The position numbers and the translations under genes were made by a program. This document shows positions 48,530 through 59,593 of a stretch of 64,000 nucleotides of DNA, one piece after another (the stretch's first letter is position 1; each line of letters begins with the position of its first letter). The stretch comes from Octopus bimaculoides (Eukaryota). The notes under the pieces are model-generated. The model saw only the letters and a list, made by a program, of their open reading frames with translations, was not told the origin of the DNA and did not search any database. The DNA lies in NCBI RefSeq assembly GCF_001194135.2, contig NC_068996.1, positions 39,380,503-39,444,502 on the forward strand, given 5' to 3'.

Positions 48530-49240
48530 GCTTGACTACCAGTTATTGTATCTACTCTGAAAGGATGAAAAGCAAAGTCAACGTCTTTGGAATTTGAACT
48601 CAGAATCGAAAGATGGGTAAAACGCTGCTAAGAATTTTGTCCAGTCTGTTAGCAACTCTGTCAACTTGCTGCCAGTTATGATATTAATAATAAAGTATTA
48701 AGGCGGTGAGCTGGCAGAAACGTTAGCACGCCGGGCGGAATGCTTAGCGGTATTTCGTCTGTCTTTACATTCTGAGTTCAAATTCTGCCGAGGTCGACTT
48801 TGCCTTTCATCCTTTCGGGGTCGATAAATTAAGCACCAGTTACGCACTGGGGTCGATCTAATCGACTTCCCCCTCCCCCAAAATTTCGGGCCTTGTGCCT
48901 AGAGAAGAAAAGAATAATAAAGAATTAAAGAAATGAGTTAAAAATGTGGTTTCTGTATAGAGAGTGGTGAAGATGGATGAAGGATAGAATGTCTGACCAG
49001 TCCTTGGCTGGTACTTATTTTATCAACCCCAAAAAGATGAAAAGTAAAGTCAGCTTTAGTGGAATTTGAACTCTGAATGTAAAAATGGATGAAATGCCAC
49101 TAAGCATTTTGTCTGGTCTGTTAACAACTCTTTTAGTTTGCTGCCAGTTCTGATATTAATAATAAAGAATTAAAGAAATGGGTTAAGTGTGTGATTTCAG
49201 TATAGAGGATGGTGGAGATGGATGATGGATAGAATGTCTG
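48530..49240. mobile_element. SINE A cluster (- 48530-48670, + 48700-48912, - 49005-49150) within a local tandem duplication
   Basis: The + copy is flanked by a 14-bp TSD AATAATAAAG(T/A)ATT. Flanking unique sequence is repeated at about 48913-48998 and 49158-49242. Confidence 0.75.
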
Positions 49241-49371
49241 ACTTACACACAAAGAATAGCAGATAGTAGTAGAGTCGGTGCATAAATGAAGTCAGTCTGA
49301 GTGTGCAAGCATGTAAGTGTAACAATATGTTCATATGAGCAAGTAAGCAAATAGGTTGAATAGATTTAAAT

Positions 49372-49826
49372 CAGTGGTTCTCAACCATTCTTTGTCTGTA
49401 GACCCCTTTGATTCTTATTTTACTCAACTGGACCCTCTTAACCATTTGATGTTTTAAAAATATTATAATATATTTTTATAATTAAATAACAGTTTATAGC
49501 AGAGACTCCAGCAAAGAAGATCTGAAGAAGGAATTGTAATTCCGAAATATCATCGGACTATAAATAACTAAATTACAACAGGTATATAGTCCATTTTTTG
49601 TTCTATAGTGCATTGTTATACCATTCTAAACTTTTTATTCTTTACAAACAATACACAATGCTTCAAGCGAACTACAATACTCTCCTATTTGTAAGAATTG
49701 TTTTAAAAAAATATTAAAATATTTTGAGTTTTGTAGAAATATAACCAGTTTATTGCAAATAACTTTTAACAACTAAATGTTATATGAACCCTCAAGGGTC
49801 ATATGGACCCTAATTAAGAATCACTG
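49372..49826. mobile_element. hAT (Charlie-like) MITE carrying a ~200-bp internal insert
   Basis: CAGTGGTTCTCAACC start and AAGAATCACTG end; an extra right end GTTGAGAACCACTG lies at 50002-50015. No clean TSD. Confidence 0.55.
49519..49554 (+). ncRNA. Minimal hammerhead-ribozyme-like motif
   Basis: GAU-CUGAAGA-A-GGAAU(UGUA)AUUCC-GAAA-UA-UC-AUC: 3-bp stem I, 5-bp stem II, palindromic AUAU stem III and an AUC triplet. Confidence 0.45.
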
Positions 49827-50149
49827 CTTTAGGGTATAAGTATTCTAGAACATTGTTCAAGTTATGTAATAACTAGTAATATGACAGAGATGGGTAGATT
49901 ACCCATTTGGATATTGTGATTGCCTCAGTTAATTTATTTGTGAAATATTAATTTTAATGACAGAACCTTATATGGATCCCAAAGGAGTCGTGTGGACCCC
50001 AGTTGAGAACCACTGAACCATTGATCTAGATAGATATGCAGGTAGAGCAAGAAAGGAAATGGAAAGTATGAGAGATTATGTAGTTGGTTGCTGATGCTGA
50101 AGGAGAAAACAGCTCAGTTGGAAAACAAGTTGTTGGTAAAGTAATGTAA

Positions 50150-50535
50150 GGCACAGGAGTGGCTGTGTGGTAAGTAGCTCGCTTACCACCCACATGGTTC
50201 TGGGTTCAGTCCCACTGCATGGCACCTTGGGCAAGTGTCTTCTACTATGGCCTCAGGCTGGCCAAAGCCTTGTGAATGGATTTAGTAGACGGAAACTGAA
50301 AGAAGCCCATCGTATATATGAATATGTATATATATATGTGTGTTTGTGTGTCTCTGTTTGTCCCCCCAACATCGATGTTTGGGTGTTTACATCCCTGTAA
50401 CTTAGCGGTTCGGCAAAAGAAACCGATAGAATAAGTACTAGGCTTACAAAGAATAAGTACCGGGGGTGATTTGCTCGATTAAAGGCAGTGCTCCAGCATG
50501 GCCACAGTCAAATGACTGAAACAATTAAAAGAGTA
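50150..50535 (+). mobile_element. SINE family B, full length
   Basis: GGCACAGGAGTGGCTGTGTGG head through AAAAGAGTAAAG tail. Confidence 0.88.
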
Positions 50536-51344
50536 AAGGAAAGGCAACCAAAGTGTTGCTAAAAGAGTAAGACAAAAATAGTGGTTGTGTGAATGATCAA
50601 TAGAAATGAAATGCTGAGCCACAGATGGGAATGGATAGTGAGGAGAAAAGGAAGAGAAAAGAATGTGGTTTGTTAGAGGGCCCGAGTGGGAATGGATTAG
50701 GGTAATTCTTTGGTAGAATTAGAATAGCATAAATGAGACAAAGCAGGACTTCTGAATCATAGGTTCCGTCCATCTCAAGGGCTTCTACACAGTTTTTACC
50801 TATTCACAGATCTTGGATTAACCCAGGGCCACAATAAATAAATTTGTCCAATGTACCACACAATGAGATCAAACCTGAATTCCATAGTTTCAAAGAAAAC
50901 TTCTCAACCACTCAGCTACTCCCATCACTTCACCTGTATTGTTTACACCAAGCTATCTTGAGAGAAAGTATTTGGTTTTTTATTTTAAAGGCTTAGAAGA
51001 AGAAGCTGGCATTTTTGACACTTTCCATGGTCTTTGAGACTGGTGAAGAAGAAGAATAAAAGTTACTCAGACTGGAGATTTTTGTTAAATGCTTACAACA
51101 GACTGGATCCCACTAAAGGCATCTAAGAGCCAGATGGTTGTGTTAAATAACAGGAATTGTTTTTTCACAGTTTCCATCTATAAAGTTTTGTTCACAGGAT
51201 TTTCGACAACTCAAAGTTATGCTGGAGGACAATTGGGTAAGGTCTCACACAGTATGATCAAATCCCCAAATCTCAGTAGTGTGAAGTGAATATCTTGACT
51301 ACACAGCTGTGACTGCACCAATAGATTTCCAGGAGCATGCTTAA

Positions 51345-51604
51345 CCCCTAAAACAGTGGCCATCATCAATTGATATTTCATTAAAGAACAATAGACATCA
51401 CCAACTGATGTTTTGTTTTTTCTGACTTTCCTTCAACATCAGATGAGGCAGATGATGATGACGATGCTCTAGATCAGTGTTTTTCAACCATTTTACCCTT
51501 GCATAACCCTTAAAAAATAAATTACATGTCTCAAGGAACCCCTGAACAAAAAAATTATATACTATATCTTTCTCATATTTTTTTCATCATACTTCACATA
51601 GTAA

Positions 51605-51670
<66 letters not shown>

Positions 51671-52187
51671 CATACGGTATCCATAAATTACAGACATCAC
51701 TAAATATATCCCCAATGATTGTTATATTTTCTTGATAACATAGCAGGTTAGATAGAATGATGTCTATATTACAATAACCAATAATATGTTGTGCATGTAT
51801 AGTAATACTACAATCATGAAATTAGTATTAGCTTATCTCACTCTTTCTCATGGAAGACCTAAGAACCTTTTGTGGAACCCTGGTTGAGAAACACTGCTCT
51901 AGATAGGACAGAAGAAAGTGAAGCTTCAACTAGCTCTGGATGGCGATGTACTGATTTTTCTCCATTCGTAGATTAGTTTGACAAAAACAATACAGGAATC
52001 TCAAATGAATTTATGCTCATACCAGGTGCAAAGGAAAGTGAATATTTTGTTTCACTTAGATTTTGTACTTGTTTAAAGTGAAAATAAATATTTAAAAAAT
52101 TACCATTAAGGAAAAGAGACATTTAAAAACTATTTTGCTCATTTGGCACACATTCACACACTCCTTGCCTGCCATTTAAGAGTTTAA
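51345..52187 (+). pseudogene. piggyBac-like element relic (acidic transposase N-terminus), split by a hAT MITE
   Basis: TTAA|CCCCT at 51341-51349. Removing the MITE and one TSD gives SDFPSTSDEADDDDDALDRTEESEASTSSGWRCTDFSPFVD*FDKNNTGISNEFMLIPGAKESEYF, resembling PGBD-type N-termini. The right end is uncertain. Confidence 0.4.
51475..51896. mobile_element. hAT-Charlie-type MITE with a perfect 8-bp TSD
   Basis: CTCTAGAT|CAGTGTTTTTCAACC ... GGTTGAGAAACACTG|CTCTAGAT; NTCTAGAN is the Charlie-type target preference. Confidence 0.92.
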
Positions 52188-52616
52188 GCAGAGGGCTCGT
52201 TAACCTGCCTTGCTATCTTTGATGGGTAAATTGGTTGTTAGATAGGTGAAGCAAATTTACTGCCAAAAGTATTTGGCCTCAAACTAGTGAAGCTCCGACC
52301 TTTTCAATGACCTGAAGTACATTTTTGATATGACCTGGCAGGGTACATCTAAGCGGTGTGTGTGTGAAGAGAAGAGTATGTAAAATCAGTGATGGTTAGT
52401 TAAAGACTGATGCGAATATACACACACATATATATATGTGTGTATATTTGTAATATGATTATACTTGGATATACACACTGCACAAATGTGTATTCAAGTA
52501 TCCCTAAAGATGTATGTATATGAACAGAAAAGTGTATAGGGTTGAGGGTGTATACGAATGCATGCAGAAGTTATATTTTCTTAAGTATATGCTTATGAAT
52601 AACATTTTGTTTCTCA

Positions 52617-52662
<46 letters not shown>

Positions 52663-52670
52663 ATATACAC

Positions 52671-52742
<72 letters not shown>

Positions 52743-53920
52743 GTATGTGTTGGTATATGAATACATGTATAATGTATTTTCTGCTTTTTATGTTTAAAAT
52801 GGTATAAAACGATGCATTAAATAATTAAGTATTAATTAACAAAAAAAAAAGGACACTAATTAAATAATTTATTAATTTAGCTCTCACATCAGTGATGCCA
52901 ATAATATTTGTTCTCTCCCATTGTGAGAACTGCAGAGTAAAAAGGTAGACAGCCAGGTGCCATGTCCACAAGGTAGCTTTGATTCCTAGTCGAAGTTAAC
53001 TTAATTTTTTTTTTTTTTTAATTCATAGTTCTACATTCGGTAATAATGTCCATTTTTTTCTTTTCATTGTTGAGAATTTTTATTTTGTTTGATATTGCTT
53101 ATATTTGCTGATAATATTTGCTTTTGTTAACAACATTTATTTTGGTTGAAAATGTTTGGTATTTGTTAATACCGCTTGTCTCTTTTTCTTTAATTTTCAT
53201 TTTTGATTCGTTTATATTTAATTCTTATTTCTAAAATTCCATGTCCTGTTTTATTAATATTTGCTGATATTTATGTTCAATATTCCCCTTATTTTCTTCA
53301 ATTCTTTTTTCTTCATATTCATTTTGTTTCATACATGCAGTACTGCAATTTTTATTTGTTAACATACTTCTTTTTTTCTCAAATAATGTTTGTTTGTTAT
53401 TAATGGTGTTTTTTCATTCTTCTTTCTAATTTTCCAGCTCTGTTTTGGAAATGTATTTTGTGTTTTCTTGCTATTTTTTGAGTTTCTTCTCAAGCTTTAT
53501 TTTTTTCAAATTCTCGGCTCAGTTCTGCTAATGATGCTTATTTCTTGTTAATAAAATACATACATACATACATTTTTTAAATCTCTAGTTCTGTTTTGTT
53601 CTGTTCGTAATCCTCTTTCTTCATTTTCTTTTCTTTCTTAACAAAAAAAAAANNNNNNNNNNAAAAAAAAAAAAAATGAAGAGATAACACATTCTATTAT
53701 ACTGGTTTATCTGTTAGAAAAACAGCAGAGGCTTTAACCTGTAATTACATAAAGAAGATGAAATATGTTGAATTACTAATAGATAAGACTTGCTATAAAA
53801 AAAAAAATTCTAACAGGTAATGTTACCAAGAAACTATTTGCTGCCATCAAATTCAATGATCTTGTTCAAAGAAATCTAATATTGTTATACCTTGTTATAT
53901 ACTTTGCAGTACTGAGAAAA

Positions 53921-54477
53921 AGTGCATGGCTCAGTGGTTAGAGCATTAGGCTCACAATCATGAGGTAGGGAGTTTGATTCCTGGACAAGGCAGCAAGCTG
54001 GCAGAAATGTTAGCATGCTGGGCGAAATGCTTAGCGGTATTTCGTCTGCTGCTGCATTCCGAGTTCAAATTCCGCAGAGGTCGACTTTGCCTTTCATCCT
54101 TTCGGGGTCGATTAAATAAGTACCAGTTATGCACTGGGGTCGATATAATCGACTTAATCCGTTTGTCTGTCCTTGTTTGTCCTCTCTATGTTTAGCCCCT
54201 TGTGGGCAATAAATAAATAAGGGCTGCGTGTTGTGTTCTTGAGCAAGACACTTTATTTCACATTGCTCCAGTTCACTCAGCTGTAGAAATGAGTTGCCAA
54301 GCTGTATCGGCCTTTGCCTTTCCCTCGAATAACATTGATGGTGTGGAGGGGAAGTGGGTATGCATGGGCGACTGCTTATCTTCCATAAACAACCTTGCTC
54401 AAACTCGTGCTTTGGAGGGGAACTTTCTCGGTGCAATCCCATGGTCATTTATGACTGAAGGGGGTCTTTACCCTTTT
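53921..54477 (+). mobile_element. SINE family C with an 11-bp TSD, interrupted by a full SINE A
   Basis: TACTGAGAAAA at 53910-53920 and 54478-54488; the two halves rejoin to match 11066-11397. Confidence 0.88.
53987..54220 (+). mobile_element. SINE family A, full length, nested in SINE C
   Basis: AAGGCAGCAAGCTGGCAGAA head through AATAAATAAATAA tail. Confidence 0.88.
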
Positions 54478-55825
54478 TACTGAGAAAATGAAAGTGATTT
54501 GCAGTAACATTACAGAGGTATTTATGGAGTACTTTAGCAGGTATGTGTGGGGAGGCACTATGTTGATGGTATTTAAATGACCTGCTCTCTGGTTAGAGGA
54601 TAACTAGACATCGAAGTGTTGCTTCTTCTCACCACAGCAATCTATGAAATGTAGTTGATTTTTTTCCTTGATGCCAGTCATGGAAGCTCTGCAAGAAGGT
54701 CTTAGTTGTGCTGTTCCATCTCTGCTTATTGTATCCCAAATACCCCCCCCCCCAAAAAAAAATTGATTCTACAGCAAGCAACCTGTTCTTTTCTGACTCC
54801 CTCATCTGCTATCTATCTTTAATCATAAAGGTACTTTCTTTGGGGTTTATAGTTTTGTAAGGTGCATGGTAACCTCAATNNNNNNNNNNNNNNNNNNNNN
54901 NNNNNNNNNNNNNNNNNNNNNNNNNNNNNNNNNNNNNNNNNNNNNNNNNNNNNNNNNNNNNNNNNNNNNNNNNNNNNNNNNNNNNNNNNNNNNNNNNNNN
55001 NNNNNNNNNNNNNNNNNNNNNNNNNNNNNNNNNNNNNNNNNNNNNNNNNNNNNNNNNNNNNNNNNNNNNNNNNNNNNNNNNNNNNNNNNNNNNNNNNNNN
55101 NNNNNNNNNNNNNNNNNNNNNNNNNNNNNNNNNNNNNNNNNNNNNNNNNNNNNNNNNNNNNNNNNNNNNNNNNNNNNNNNNNNNNNNNNNNNNNNNNNNN
55201 NNNNNNNNNNNNNNNNNNNNNNNNNNNNNNNNNNNNNNNNNNNNNNNNNNNNNNNNNNNNNNNNNNNNNNNNNNNNNNNNNNNNNNNNNNNNNNNNNNNN
55301 NNNNNNNNNNNNNNNNNNNNNNNNNNNNNNNNNNNNNNNNNNNNNNNNNNNNNNNNNNNNNNNNNNNNNNNNNNNNNNNNNNNNNNNNNNNNNNNNNNNN
55401 NNNNNNNNNNNNNNNNNNNNNNNNNNNNNNNNNNNNNNNNNNNNNNNNNNNNNNNNNNNNNNNNNNNNNNNNNNNNNNNNNNNNNNNNNNNNNNNNNNNN
55501 NNNNNNNNNNNNNNNNNNNNNNNNNNNNNNNNNNNNNNNNNNNNNNNNNNNNNNNNNNNNNNNNNNNNNNNNNNNNNNNNNNNNNNNNNNNNNNNNNNNN
55601 NNNNNNNNNNNNNNNNNNNNNNNNNNNNNNNNNNNNNNNNNNNNNNNNNNNNNNNNNNNNNNNNNNNNNNNNNNNNNNNNNNNNNNNNNNNNNNNNNNNN
55701 NNNNNNNNNNNNNNNNNNNNNNNNNNNNNNNNNNNNNNNNNNNNNNNNNNNNNNNNNNNNNNNNNNNNNNNNNNNNNNNNNNNNNNNNNNNNNNNNNNNN
55801 NNNNNNNNNNNNNNNNNNNNNNNNN

Positions 55826-55859
<34 letters not shown>

Positions 55860-55874
<15 letters not shown>

Positions 55875-56085
55875 CTTTGTGTCTTCCCTGCCCCTGCTAT
55901 CACTTGACAACTGACGTTGGTGTGGTTACATCCCTGTAACTTAGCAGTTCAGTGGAAAGAGAACAACAGAATAAGTACTAGGCATATAAAGAATAAGTTC
56001 CGGGGTCGATTTCTTTTGCTAAAACTCTTTAAGGCAGCATGGCCACAGTCAAGTGACTGAAACAAGTAAAAGAATAAAAGAACGT
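55860..56085 (+). mobile_element. SINE family B 3' half
   Basis: Follows (TA)n at a gap edge; matches the family B 3' region. Confidence 0.7.
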
Positions 56086-56229
56086 GCACATATTAATGCA
56101 TATTACAATATATACCCAACTTCCATAATTACCATTATTTTTTTTGCATAAGTTAGTTGCAACTGCACAAATGAGTGGAGTGGGGGATTTCCTGAGTTCT
56201 GTGATACATGTGATACTCAGCACTTAATC

Positions 56230-56825
56230 CTTGGTCATTTCCTCTGTGAGCAGCTGATCATCTTGAGATCAGTTTTCTTCCACTTCATCGCACGTTTTCT
56301 TTGGCTTCCCTCTTTAACAGGTTATATCGAATGCAATTTATGGAGCTGTCATGTTCCATATTCATCACATGCCCATAGCATGGTCTTCTCTCTTAGAGGC
56401 AATATCTGATTCCTTTTATGCCGATTGTGCTTGGTCATTCATTCACTTTGCTCATAATCACTTCATTTCTATCTTGTCTTGACATTTCATCAGCATTCTC
56501 AGCCCACATCTTAATTCTATGCAGCATTCACAGTTCATACACAAAGCATCACACAATCTACCTGTTGCTCTGAGGGTGAAACACCAAACTATTATACAAT
56601 CAGAGGTAATAAACTCCTAAAATTTCTCCAGCTTATTTTTTCATTTACAGAGGTTTTTATACATTCAGAATATCAATTGCTGCTGCTAATTAGACCACCA
56701 GGGTAATGGAAATTATCAACTACTTTTAGAGAGCCATCTTAATGTTTTGTTGTCATTATACATCTACTGCAAACAAAGTCTACTTTTTCTGTTTGCTTGT
56801 CTGTGATTCCACTGCACTTCTTGTG
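56230..56825 (-). mobile_element. Old RTE ORF2 relic
   Basis: Minus strand WMHKKCSGI...FVCSRC, DGSLKVVDNFHY, RGKPKKTCDEV, with many stops. Confidence 0.7.
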
Positions 56826-56834
56826 CATCCATAT

Positions 56835-57330
56835 ATCATCATCATCATCATTGCCGTTTAACGTCTGCTTTCCATGCTGGCATGAGTCGGACGGTTTGAC
56901 TGAGGGCTGGCAAGCCAGAAGGCTGCACCGGGCTCCAATCTGATCTGGCAAAGTTTCTACAGCTGGATGCCCTTCCAAACGTCAACCACTCCAGGAGTGT
57001 AGTGGGTGGTACTGGCATCAGCTATGCTTGAATGGTGCTTTTTACATGCCACCAGCATGGGAGCCAGTCAGGCGGTACTGGCAATGATCATGCCTGAATA
57101 GTGCTTTTTAGATGCCACTGGCACAGAACCAGTCAGGCAGCACTGGCATCGATAACATTTGAATGATGCCTTTTATGTGCCACCGGCATGGGTGCCAATG
57201 AGGCAGTACTCTCATCAGCTACGACAACGGCTTCACTTGACGCGACAGGTCTTCACAAGTGCAGTTTATTGCCCAATGATTGAAAGGTACTCTTAAATGG
57301 GCTGGTTATTCTGCACTGGCAGGTTATGCT
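56835..57330 (-). mobile_element. RTE 3' UTR fragment with (CAT)n tail
   Basis: Matches 16370-16925 and 21472-22180. Confidence 0.75.
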
Positions 57331-57344
57331 GCTCAATCTGTAGA

Positions 57345-58552
57345 AAAGGCATAGATTAAAACTCCATAAGATGCACCCGGTGTAAGCTTTGGACACATAA
57401 AAAGGTGTAGCAATAGTAGAGGAAGGTTAACAGGGAAAATAGCTTCTGTATGTGGAAGATGCACAGGTACAATTAAAGCTGAAAATGGGCAGAAAATAGA
57501 CATCATCAACTGCCAGGTGGGGTAAGCTAGAGGCAGTAGATAGCTTCTGTTATCAAGGTGACCAAGTTAATAAATAGCTCTGAGAGTGTAGCTATGAGAA
57601 TAAGATTAGGCTGGGCAAAGTTCAGAGAGCTTCTACCTCTGCTGGCAACAAAGGGCCGCTTTTTCAGAGTGAAAGGTAGAGTGTATGATACCTGTGTGTG
57701 AACAGCTATGTTGCATAGCAGTGAAACATGGGCTGTGACAGCCGAGGACATGTGTAGGTTTAAAAGAAACAAAGTCAGTATGCTTTGCTGGATGTGCAAT
57801 GTCAGTGTGTATGTTTGACAGAGTGTAAGTTAGTCATAAGAGGCATTAGATGTGGTGTGCAAGAGAGACGGCTGCACTAGTATGGTCATGTGATGCATAT
57901 GAATGAGGCCAACTGTGTAAAGAAGTGTTGATCTCTGACTGTGAAGGGAACCTGTGGTAGAGGTAGACCCAGGAAGATATGAAATGAGTTGTTGAAGCAT
58001 GATCTTTGAACTTTGAGCTTCACCGAGGCAATGACTAGCGACCGAGACCTTTGGCAATATGCTGTGCTTAAGAAGACCAGTCAAGCCAAGTGAAATCGTA
58101 GTTGTGACTGATGCTGGTGTCATGTAACTGGCACCCATGCTGGTAGTACGTAAAGAGCACCTTTTGAGCATTGGGCATCATGGAGGCAAAGTGTCTGAGT
58201 TCCTTTCAAGCACTGGGCCTCACAGAGGCGAGTTCCTTTTGAGTGCTGGGCCTCATGGAGGCAATGACCAAGATCTTTGGCATTATTTCATGCTTGAGAA
58301 GAAGACCTATCAACCTGAGCAAAATCACAGTCATGGCAGATACTGGTGTCACGGAAGTGGCACCCATATCAGTGGCACATGAAAGCACCCATTACACTCT
58401 TGGGCATCCTGCCATAAAAAGGCATCCAGCCATAGAAACCATGCCAAATCTGACAGGAGTCTGGTACAGCCTTCCAGCTTACCAGCCCTGGTCAAACCGT
58501 CTAACCCATGCCAGCATGGACAACAGACGTTAAATGATGATGATGATGATGA
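57345..58552 (+). mobile_element. RTE LINE 3' 1.2 kb (Cys/His finger, RT end, C-terminus, UTR and (GAT)n tail)
   Basis: NSIRCTRCKLWTHK-RCS...VCGRC, KLEAVDSFCYQGDQV, GWAKFRELLPLLATKG, AMLHSSETWAV; frameshifted. Confidence 0.88.
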
Positions 58553-59124
58553 TATATACATATCAATATATTGTCTTTATTCAAAAAATTTATATCTTTG
58601 AATTTCTGTGAGTCTAATAAATATTAGAAGTGGTAACAAGACACTTGAGCATTGGAGTACCAACTGATCAAAGACAGAAAGATTTGAAATAAATGCAGTT
58701 GATGCAAGAGTCCAGTTAATTAATACAGCTTTTAGTCTATAGAATGTTGATGACATATTAACCAACAGAGTTTATTGATTATGCAAATGTGATGAATTGG
58801 TTAACATGCAGAAAGTAAAGCTGCTTAAAGTCATGATCAGAATATTTACATATAAAAGTTCAAATGCCTTATCTAAAAGGTACACTAAGTATCTAAGTTG
58901 TTTCTATTGTTCTTGTTGTTCTTCTTCTTTAAACCTAGCTCAGCCTATCATTTTGCATATACAGGCGCAGGAGTGACTGTGTGGTAAGGAGCTTGCTTCC
59001 CAACCACATGGTTCCAGGTTCGATCCCACTGCATGACACCTTGGGCAAATGTCTTTTACAATAGCCTCAGGTTGACAAAAGCCTTGTGAGTGAATTTGGT
59101 AGACGGAAACTGAAAGAAGCCTCT

Positions 59125-59176
<52 letters not shown>

Positions 59177-59593
59177 AAGGCGAGCTGGCAGAAACGTTAG
59201 CATGCCAGGCGATAATGCTTACCGCTATTCCGTCTGCAGTTATGTTCTGAGTTCAAATTCTGCCGAGGTCGACTTTGCCTTTCATTCTTTCAAGGTTGAT
59301 TAAATAAGTACCAGTTATGCACTGGGGTTGATGTAATTGACTTACTCCCTTGTTTGTCCTCTCTTTGTTTAGCCCCTCGTGGGCAATAAAGAAATATATA
59401 TATGTGTGTGTGTGTGTGTATATGTATATGGATATATATATATATGAAATGTATATGTATTTGCATATATGTAAACATATATATATATATATATGTATAT
59501 ATATACAACAAGAAATAATATTTGTCTCTTATTACAGAAACAAAAGGGTTTATAGGATTGCAAAAGAAGTGCTCAAATATAAATGAAACAAAG

